Below, piece by piece: positions 7,144 to 14,325 of a stretch of DNA of 15,109 nt. A model generated the notes under the pieces. The model had not been told where the DNA came from. It was given only the letters and a program-made list of their open reading frames with translations, and did no database searches. The stretch is from a virus, in the UHGV virus genome UHGV-0224297. One strand, given 5' to 3'. The position numbers and the translations under genes are program-made. Every line of letters begins with the position of its first letter. Position 1 is the stretch's first letter.

Positions 7144-7172
7144 TAGGGACTGAAGTGCCAGTTCAGTCCCTA
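7144..7172. other. strong stem-loop (11-bp stem, 7-nt loop)
   Basis: TAGGGACTGAA-GTGCCAG-TTCAGTCCCTA. No U-tract on either side, so it is not a canonical terminator. Lies immediately adjacent to element copy 2. Confidence 0.55.
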
Positions 7173-7173
7173 T

Positions 7174-7199
7174 TCACTTAAGTAATATATATCTGAATT
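7174..7199. promoter_or_regulatory. conserved element copy 2 (core TAAGTAATATATATCTGAA)
   Basis: The 19-bp core at 7179-7197 is identical to copy 1. It sits 28 nt upstream of the ATG at 7225, next to the 7144-7172 hairpin, in the divergent control region. Confidence 0.5.
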
Positions 7200-7224
7200 C
7201 AATTCCGATCTAAGGAACGTCCCG

Positions 7225-8190
7225 ATGGAGAAATCCAGTGTTGATTTTTTCTCAATTGGTATCGTCGCGGAAGACAAACCCCGTGGTACAGATCGGGTAA
7301 AAGTGATACCAATTGAAACCAACTTTGCTAACCCTACCGTGGTGCAATCTGTTTCTTCAGCAACTGAAAAGACGCATGAAACATCTGGTGCAACAGATAA
7401 CCTAACCATTAAGACGGGTAACACGATAACAGCAAAGTGGTGGAAGTTTAACTCCAACCGAATTAATTCCCCTGACGTTAAACGAGAAGATTACGTTATC
7501 TTGTTACGTTTGGGGAAAACCGATATTTATTTTTGGATTGATCTGAACTTCGCTAACGTTAAGCGATTAGAGGATGCGGTTTATGCGTGGTCTGCTGATT
7601 CTGAAAACCAGATGGCGGATGACCTGTCCAATGCGTATGTGTTGAATATCTCGACGATTGACAAACATATCACGCTAAGAACAAGTATGGTGAACGGTGA
7701 GAAAGCGGCGTGGTTGTTTCAGTTTGATAATGCAAACGGTACGTGGCAGTGTGTTGACCATAAAGGAAACAAGTATTACATTAACTCGGTTGAAGATGAT
7801 CTCGGGTTTGAGAATGCGATGCTTTCAAAAGTGAACATCAACAAAGAAGATGCGTTCATTTATTCAAAGCGTTCTATTAACCTGGAAACGAAAACAATTA
7901 ATGAAAAATGCGAAGTTCGCAATACGGAAGCAGCGAAATCCGTTACGTTTAAAACGCAAACCTGGTTAACGGAAGCAGGGAGTTCGACAACATTTAAAAC
8001 GCCGAACTTTAAACAAGAAGGGAATGAAGCGATGTTCACCGGTAATCTGGAAATCGCTAAGAACTTCAAATACGGTGGTACGGGCAAAGGCGTCGGTGTC
8101 TTTACGGTTAAAGATGCCGTTATTTCTGGTATTACCTTTAGCGTTCACATTCACCAAGGTAAACATGGCCCGACATCACCTCCGCAATAA
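7225..8190 (+). CDS. putative baseplate central spike protein (321 aa; function tentative)
   Basis: ATG at 7225-7227 with AAGGA RBS (7212-7216). The N-terminal region (GIVAEDKPRGTDRVKV ... KWWKF ... DYVILLRLG) resembles, from memory, the OB-fold of P2 gpV-type spike proteins. The C-terminus VHIHQGKHGPTSPPQ resembles the His-rich metal-binding tip of such spikes. The coding call is firm; the functional call is not. Confidence 0.65.
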   Translation: MEKSSVDFFSIGIVAEDKPRGTDRVKVIPIETNFANPTVVQSVSSATEKTHETSGATDNLTIKTGNTITAKWWKFNSNRINSPDVKREDYVILLRLGKTDIYFWIDLNFANVKRLEDAVYAWSADSENQMADDLSNAYVLNISTIDKHITLRTSMVNGEKAAWLFQFDNANGTWQCVDHKGNKYYINSVEDDLGFENAMLSKVNINKEDAFIYSKRSINLETKTINEKCEVRNTEAAKSVTFKTQTWLTEAGSSTTFKTPNFKQEGNEAMFTGNLEIAKNFKYGGTGKGVGVFTVKDAVISGITFSVHIHQGKHGPTSPPQ

Positions 8191-8308
8191 TTCCCCTTTT
8201 TCTTACGTTGTTTTTATATATTGTGACCTGACGTTGGTAAAACTTTTTATCAACACTTTTCTTAAACCCATCGTTTAGTTAAGCAGGCCACTTTTTTCGC
8301 GCACTCTA

Positions 8309-8340
8309 CTCCTCCCTACGGGGAGGAGCTATCTTATGCT
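8309..8340 (+). terminator. GC-rich stem-loop; weak terminator or 5'-leader structure
   Basis: 8-bp stem CTCCTCCC / GGGAGGAG with a UACG tetraloop (8309-8328). Followed by a moderately U-rich CUAUCUUAUGCUU. Lies 120 nt after the 7225..8190 stop and 70 nt before the DUF1471 start. Confidence 0.35.
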
Positions 8341-8396
8341 TCGGTTGTAACACACGTCGGTCTTAGACCACTAACCTTTTGAAATGGAGAGCTGTT

Positions 8397-8606
8397 ATGT
8401 CTATTAAAGAGTTCTCTTCTGCTGAGCATATTCCAGAAGAGTTTAAGAAAATCGGTAACGTCAGCGCTTTCGGCGATACCGTTGATCATGTAACTGGTAA
8501 ACTGGCTGCTGAAGCCGAAAAAATTGGCGGCGACGCATTCAAAGTTATCGGTATTTCCGGCAACAACAAACTGCACGGTAACGCGATTGTCTACAAAAAA
8601 GACTAA
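8397..8606 (+). CDS. DUF1471 (YdgH/BhsA/McbA-like) domain protein without signal peptide (69 aa)
   Basis: ATG at 8397-8399 with GGAGA RBS (8386-8390). The track start at 8379 is a TTG and an in-frame stop lies at 8364-8366, so no N-terminal extension is possible. The C-terminal FKVIGISGNNKLHGNAIVYKKD resembles enterobacterial BhsA-type proteins as I recall them (ending ...TLHGTAVIYK). No hydrophobic N-terminal segment. Confidence 0.65.
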   Translation: MSIKEFSSAEHIPEEFKKIGNVSAFGDTVDHVTGKLAAEAEKIGGDAFKVIGISGNNKLHGNAIVYKKD

Positions 8607-8609
8607 GCG

Positions 8610-8667
8610 AAAAAAAAAACGTGCTACTCCTACCCTCTTAGAGGGTAGGAGGTTACTTTATTTTTTT
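8610..8667. terminator. bidirectional intrinsic terminator between convergent genes
   Basis: Perfect 11-bp stem CTCCTACCCTC-TTA-GAGGGTAGGAG (8627-8651). Flanked by an A10 run (8610-8619) on one side and a T-rich run (8652-8667) on the other. Sits between the DUF1471 stop (8606) and the minus-strand gene stop (8658). Confidence 0.8.
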
Positions 8668-9920
8668 CGTGCTTTAAAGCGATGCATTTCTAAATACACT
8701 TTTTCCCAGGGACCGAATGGACCAACGATTGCTTGAGCATCGTTAATCTTCTTCTGATTATACCACCGGGCTTCACGAAAGACGTAGTTTTGACTGTCGA
8801 ATTCGGTAGTGTTAAATACCCACTCACCTTCCTCCCACGTAGGCCAATAACCTACCGTCTTACCAAATCGATTATTTAAGTACCCTAATGGTTTTTCAGA
8901 ATCAGGATCGTTGGGGTCCTTGAGGTAACAGCGTCCCCAAACGGCGTTATGCGAAACACCCACAACTTCTTCTTCTAAATACGGATTATCTACCGTAAAG
9001 ATAAAAGAGGATTCGTGGAGTAAAAGCGCCTTCAGTGTTTCAGGGTTACGAATACGTTGAACGTTGGTAGGCGATGATAAATCCCCTACACCGATGCTAT
9101 CCCAGTCGTAATAACGGCGGGTTTCCAGAACGGTCCGTGCAAGATCAAAATTCGGTAAAGAAATCATGATCGCACGGTCAGAGAAATAACCGTCCGGGGG
9201 CAACCAACGTAACAATCCGCCTATGACGAAACCCACGGTTTTCCCCGTAATAGACTCAGGCAGCGATATCATTAACGTGGAGTAATAGTCGCGTGTAGTG
9301 TCGAGCTTGTTTAGCGTAAGGTTGGCGATTGGATAGGTTTTAACATTCCCTAGCTGACCAAAAACCATACAGCCAATATCTGGCGTACATGCTCTCCGTA
9401 CGATTTTACCGGCCCCAGGCAATCGAACACCTACGGTATCCGTCTGGTGTGGTACCCATTGACCGTTAATGTTGTACAGCACACTATTACGGTATTTGTC
9501 TTTCCACTTGTCCTCACAAACGACGACAACGTCATCAGCATCGTCTAAGCTGAAATCTTGACTGTGGTGGTACCCTGGTGGACACAGATATGTTTCGACA
9601 GGTACATCGGCATTAATTGATTGGTAGTGTGCCCAACTGAATTCCAGTTTCGGCAATCCAGCCTTTAGAGTGGGAATGACGTTTCCGGCCTTTTCGTTTA
9701 ACCAATCTTGTAAAGTGTCTGTTCGGTTTTGTAGTTCAGCAAGATGGTATTGACTGACTAACGTATAGTCTTTACCAAGTGCACTTAAACCGATCTCAAA
9801 GGTGTGGTAGTCTGAACACAACGTAGTTAAGGGTTGCGTGACATCGATGGCTCCCCAGGTACGGGACTCTCGAGAGAAGCCAAAAGCGCTGTCGGGCCGC
9901 ACTTGATAAGCAGTAGTCAC
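8658..9920 (-). CDS. hypothetical protein (420 aa), Trp/Tyr-rich, possibly structural or enzymatic
   Basis: Long ORF with GTG start at 9918-9920 and a GAGG box about 10 nt upstream; no in-frame ATG near the start. Stop at 8658-8660 lies inside the bidirectional terminator region. Transcribed opposite to both flanking plus-strand genes. Confidence 0.65.
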   Translation of the reverse strand: MTTAYQVRPDSAFGFSRESRTWGAIDVTQPLTTLCSDYHTFEIGLSALGKDYTLVSQYHLAELQNRTDTLQDWLNEKAGNVIPTLKAGLPKLEFSWAHYQSINADVPVETYLCPPGYHHSQDFSLDDADDVVVVCEDKWKDKYRNSVLYNINGQWVPHQTDTVGVRLPGAGKIVRRACTPDIGCMVFGQLGNVKTYPIANLTLNKLDTTRDYYSTLMISLPESITGKTVGFVIGGLLRWLPPDGYFSDRAIMISLPNFDLARTVLETRRYYDWDSIGVGDLSSPTNVQRIRNPETLKALLLHESSFIFTVDNPYLEEEVVGVSHNAVWGRCYLKDPNDPDSEKPLGYLNNRFGKTVGYWPTWEEGEWVFNTTEFDSQNYVFREARWYNQKKINDAQAIVGPFGPWEKVYLEMHRFKARKK

Positions 9921-9989
9921 AGCTCTTTTTCCTCTATAGATTCAAGTCATAGTATGAACTTCGACGCCCACGGACTATAGGAGTAGATA

Positions 9990-12900
9990 ATGGCTGTCGT
10001 CTTAGACCCACACTTCAAAAAACCGGGGAATAAAATAACCGGTGAAGCGGTCGCCGTCATTGGTACGAAATACCGAATGTTGGTACCTGCCCACGCCCCT
10101 TTTTTCACCACATCCCTGGTGGTCAAGAGCGGCGGCAAAATACTGACCTTAGGCGACGATTACGTTATTACACACCCGTACGAGACTGGTATGTTGCGCA
10201 CAGCCTATCTCATTCACGGGATGATTTGGATTGTTAATGACAAATACAAATCGAATTTTACTGTAGATTACCATGCTGTTGGTTGTGGTGAAGCAACCCA
10301 AGAGCAGATTACCGCAGAGCGCGAGCTTAATAAAGGTAAATACCCCTCCGCGTGTCAGTGGGACACCGTCATCGGAGACGTTTACTTTCCACCGGTCGAT
10401 ATCCAGTTCGATTGGGAGAATTGGAAAGGTGAACTGGAGCTAATGCAGGCCATTGCTGGGGTAGGCGATTCGTTAGGGGAAGTCGTGAGTCGACTTAACC
10501 CAATCGCGCGCAATACACTGGATTTGGAATATCGTGCTAATAGTAAGGTTATCACTTCCGAGCAGTATGCCGCGTACGACAATAAAGGCGGTTTCACCTA
10601 CAACACAGCTCGCCACCGTTATAGCTTGAGTTATAACGCGACAACCTTTAACGACTATTCCCTGTTGGTGAAACACAGAATTCCTGCTATTCTGCCAGAC
10701 ATGACAAAGTTGAATCCGAACGAACAGATCGATTGGATGCTCTGTTATGCCAACGGCGGTGCAAGCATTCTACGGTTACAGCTAAAACAGCGCAAAATCT
10801 CACTGGTCTTAACTGTCGCTATTGGCAGTGGTTCAACAAACTACGATTATACTTTAATCAACGGTTTAACTGACGATGAGTTAAAAAACGATATCGATTT
10901 TAGTGTAACCCGACAACCCGGAAACGGCGTTTACGTAATCGTAGTAAAAACAAATAAACAGACCATGGATTATACATTCAACGTCGATACGCCGCCTGAT
11001 GAGTTCTCGGCAGGGTATTCGAAAACGGATGTAGCCAAATGGTTGAAGTCTAAAACGAACATTAACCTGAACTGGTATGCGGCTGAAAACGATTATATTC
11101 AAATTCGTTCTTTACCCGGTGCGCCGGAGCCTGACGTCGATAACGATGTTTACCAGTTAATAGTTAAGTATCATCAGTTGGTTGAGCAGCTGTATCGTAA
11201 TGCGCCTGCGCACGAACACGTTACACGTAAGGACAACCCACACACAGATACGTGGGGTCCGATCCGTGCGTTGGAGTTGAACGGCATTGCGTCGGATGCA
11301 GCGTTAGCTTACGGGAAAACGAAGCCGCAGTTAACGGATTATGTTAATGCTAAGTATCCAACACAAGCGACGTTGACAGCACAAAAGAAACTATTGCGCA
11401 CGTCAGCTTCGAAAACAGCCGACGGAACCATTGGAACGCTACCCGGTTTTACTTCGTTCACGACAGAAGTTGATCCGGTTTCGATGTCTAAATACGTGAA
11501 CCCTTATTTTAGCGAAAGCTATGTTCGTCAAGGTCACACGTATCATGGCGCGCTTCGTTACACAGGAACGAAGAATGGATTTAGTGCTTCTTTTAATGCG
11601 GTGCCTGCCAACCTGCAAGATATTGACTTTATTGTTACCGGACGTAAAACAGCGTCAGGTAATGAAGCAGTCGGTACGGCTGGTTTACGTTTCTACGAAA
11701 ATCCCGGTAGTAACTCCGGCAAGTACGTAGAAATTATCGGTCAAATCTGGGGAGGTACTCTTACTATCGAACTGGCGTTGCACGGTTACGGGAATCCGGT
11801 ACCGTCAGTTCGGTATATTTCTCAAGCTCCTAATCCGGCAATACCGGATGGGGATTTTACGCTGCGTTTTCAACTGAAGCGTACAGGGAACGTGTTTGAC
11901 GCCGTTATTACCGTAAATGGTAAAACGTATAGCGCTCGGATTAACTTCGATAACATGGACGCTGCGTTAGAAGCATTGGAGAATCGGCATCACTTTAAAT
12001 CGCTGATCAATAATGTTGCCGATGGCGTCACTATTAGTTCGCAAAACAAAGGTAACACGGTTACCATTAAGAAAGCACCTGACGTCGTTGACGAGACACG
12101 TTTAGGTGCCCAGTTTGTCGTTGACCCGAAATCCATTAAGTTCATCGGCCAAGGTTCTACCGATGTTAACGTGGGTAATAACCCGGTAACGTTGCAAGCG
12201 GGCGATAACCAGCTTGTGCTATACCCCGATGACCGTGGATTACTGTGGCGTGGTAAGAAGCTCTTAGACCCCACCACGGTAGCGCCGTATTTGCCGGGCA
12301 ATACTGCAGGCGGAACGGGATTATTCTACGGTGCATCTACAGCTACGGTGGAGCTTACCGGTAGCGGGATTAAAGCATCACCATTCGTGGCAACGTTCAT
12401 TCTTCCGGTTGCCGAAGACGTTACTACGTTAGCGTGTTGGCAGTTAACGGACGAATTCGGTACGGCTGAAAACCTCGCGGCAACCCCTGCGTTAATCGAA
12501 AAACTGGACGCTGAGTTTACCGGTAAATTGGTTGCAGCTAAATCGTACATTAACGACATGCAACTTACCAGCTCAGTTACTATCGACAAAATTACCTTTG
12601 GTTTGGGTAACGTTGCGAATACACCCGATGTCGATTTGCCGATCTCTACAGCACAGCAGGCGGAGTTAGATAAATATTCGCCTAAAGTACACCACCACCC
12701 ATTTACCGCATTTGGTACCGGGAACGCAACCACCGCGAAACGTGGCTTGATTAAATTTGGTCTGGATGTGGACGATGCGACTTTAGCACTCGATGGTAGT
12801 GTGGTAATGGCGCAGACTTCCCAGATTGAAAAATTGGAAAATGCTGTCGGTGGCGTTGACTCGGAGGCACGTCTTGACATTATACGTTTTGGTAAGTCAG

Positions 12901-14312
12901 GTAACGACTTAATTGATGTTACGGTCAAAGACAAAATTCTGGTTACACTTCCAGCCTCAACGTATTATATCGGTGGTGAAACGTACGCCGTGCCGTTGAT
13001 GACGATTAACGTCAGTGAACGTTTTCCGAAATTGAATACGGAAATCTACGCGGGGATTTTTGTTGATATTGTTGACAACAAAGCGAAGTACATCATCCAC
13101 GACAGCTACAGTCAGGCTGAAACGGATACCATGACGCGTGTGGGATTAATCGGCGTCAATGACCTTTCTGAAGTGTTCGTTACAGAGATGCGTAATGTCA
13201 CACGGCTGGACGATTTCCGTGAACTGAAAGATCATGCTGCTGACGATAACGCACATATTCATCGCTCCACGACACGTGCAGTGCTTGGGTTAGCTAACTT
13301 AACAGTAGGTGCGCCCTGCTGGGCTTCTGGACTCCAGGCAGTAGTACGTGGTGAAGCAGACTGGCGTTATGTTGTCGGTGGACAGTATAAAGCCTTAGAC
13401 GGGGTGAAATACGACCAGATCGCATCAAGGTGGATTTTCGATGCGAAAGGGGTAAGTGATAACGTTCACGGGTTTATTCACAACCTATTCCCGACTTTCA
13501 AAAACGCAGGAATGCGGGTAAGTTGGGAAACAGAAAGCAACGCAAAAACCGGAACAGTGTTAGAAACTGTTTTAGGTTGTTGGAAGAACACCGACGGCGA
13601 GCTTATGCGGTTGTCATTACTTATCACTCGCGGTTATCGTTTAACTGACAGTAACGGTGAATATTGTTACGCAGGGTTCGGTTTGAACTTCGGTAACGGG
13701 AAATCGGTAGTGATAGGTTTCACACCAACGAAGCGTGTCACAGCTGCACCGTGGAGTTCATTACAACCCGAAGTATCGTTTACCCACAACCGTGGTGCGG
13801 ATAACGCAATAACGTTTAATGCAAGACTGATCTTAGCGGGGACTGCGTATACTGTTGTTGTGCATTTATCTGCGACGGACAAATACGTAAGCTGTACGGC
13901 GGCAGGAGGAACTACGCAGAAAATCCCATTAGCTGACCGTTTAACAGGGTTCAATATCGAACCTATCGTTAACGATCCGTATACCCCTATTTACTACGGT
14001 TTAGGGGGACTTTATGAGGATGAGGTCCGTGCCGATATCCGTTCTGCGGGAGATAGCGCAACTGCGAATAAAGTCTACGGTACGTTGTTGGACTATATTA
14101 GCAACTATTCCTCATTAAATCGTGTGCGCGTTATGGAATTGACCGGTGTCAGTTCAGACCCCGAAACGCTTAATGCGTTAGTGGCAACTGAATTTAATAA
14201 CAGCCTGGCGGATTACGCTGCGTTACCGGTACCTCCTTATCTTAACAAGGAGCGCGTAATGTCGTTTATCGACACCAACAATAAAGTGCAGGCGGTAATC
14301 ATTCGCGATTAA
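9990..14312 (+). CDS. giant protein (1440 aa), probable virion structural protein (tail fibre or baseplate-associated)
   Basis: Uninterrupted 4.3-kb ORF with ATG at 9990 and AGGAG RBS (9979-9983) 6 nt upstream. Composition is rich in G/T/N/V/D/Y, as in beta-rich fibre proteins. No Walker A motif, polymerase motif or YD repeat was seen. Confidence 0.85.
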   Translation: MAVVLDPHFKKPGNKITGEAVAVIGTKYRMLVPAHAPFFTTSLVVKSGGKILTLGDDYVITHPYETGMLRTAYLIHGMIWIVNDKYKSNFTVDYHAVGCGEATQEQITAERELNKGKYPSACQWDTVIGDVYFPPVDIQFDWENWKGELELMQAIAGVGDSLGEVVSRLNPIARNTLDLEYRANSKVITSEQYAAYDNKGGFTYNTARHRYSLSYNATTFNDYSLLVKHRIPAILPDMTKLNPNEQIDWMLCYANGGASILRLQLKQRKISLVLTVAIGSGSTNYDYTLINGLTDDELKNDIDFSVTRQPGNGVYVIVVKTNKQTMDYTFNVDTPPDEFSAGYSKTDVAKWLKSKTNINLNWYAAENDYIQIRSLPGAPEPDVDNDVYQLIVKYHQLVEQLYRNAPAHEHVTRKDNPHTDTWGPIRALELNGIASDAALAYGKTKPQLTDYVNAKYPTQATLTAQKKLLRTSASKTADGTIGTLPGFTSFTTEVDPVSMSKYVNPYFSESYVRQGHTYHGALRYTGTKNGFSASFNAVPANLQDIDFIVTGRKTASGNEAVGTAGLRFYENPGSNSGKYVEIIGQIWGGTLTIELALHGYGNPVPSVRYISQAPNPAIPDGDFTLRFQLKRTGNVFDAVITVNGKTYSARINFDNMDAALEALENRHHFKSLINNVADGVTISSQNKGNTVTIKKAPDVVDETRLGAQFVVDPKSIKFIGQGSTDVNVGNNPVTLQAGDNQLVLYPDDRGLLWRGKKLLDPTTVAPYLPGNTAGGTGLFYGASTATVELTGSGIKASPFVATFILPVAEDVTTLACWQLTDEFGTAENLAATPALIEKLDAEFTGKLVAAKSYINDMQLTSSVTIDKITFGLGNVANTPDVDLPISTAQQAELDKYSPKVHHHPFTAFGTGNATTAKRGLIKFGLDVDDATLALDGSVVMAQTSQIEKLENAVGGVDSEARLDIIRFGKSGNDLIDVTVKDKILVTLPASTYYIGGETYAVPLMTINVSERFPKLNTEIYAGIFVDIVDNKAKYIIHDSYSQAETDTMTRVGLIGVNDLSEVFVTEMRNVTRLDDFRELKDHAADDNAHIHRSTTRAVLGLANLTVGAPCWASGLQAVVRGEADWRYVVGGQYKALDGVKYDQIASRWIFDAKGVSDNVHGFIHNLFPTFKNAGMRVSWETESNAKTGTVLETVLGCWKNTDGELMRLSLLITRGYRLTDSNGEYCYAGFGLNFGNGKSVVIGFTPTKRVTAAPWSSLQPEVSFTHNRGADNAITFNARLILAGTAYTVVVHLSATDKYVSCTAAGGTTQKIPLADRLTGFNIEPIVNDPYTPIYYGLGGLYEDEVRADIRSAGDSATANKVYGTLLDYISNYSSLNRVRVMELTGVSSDPETLNALVATEFNNSLADYAALPVPPYLNKERVMSFIDTNNKVQAVIIRD

Positions 14313-14325
14313 GGAGAATTTTTTG

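Noticed and set aside
7170-8736. Track ORFs 7170..7457(-), 7860..8087(-), 7966..8166(-), 8024..8278(+), 8334..8576(-), 8524..8736(+); also 9947..10138(-)
   Set aside because: They overlap the better-supported plus-strand ORFs or run through terminator hairpins and control regions, without RBSs.
10382-12934. Minus-strand ORFs of 67-202 aa from the track (10382..10597, 10473..10676, 10881..11102, 11990..12301, 12326..12934, plus 13667..13954) and plus-strand 11521..11730
   Set aside because: All lie inside the uninterrupted 1440-aa ORF, antisense or out of frame, with no RBS. They are best explained as chance open frames.
9990-14312. RHS/YD-repeat toxin or T4 gp34/gp37-type fibre repeats in the giant protein
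   Set aside because: No YD repeats and no periodic fibre repeats are visible by eye.
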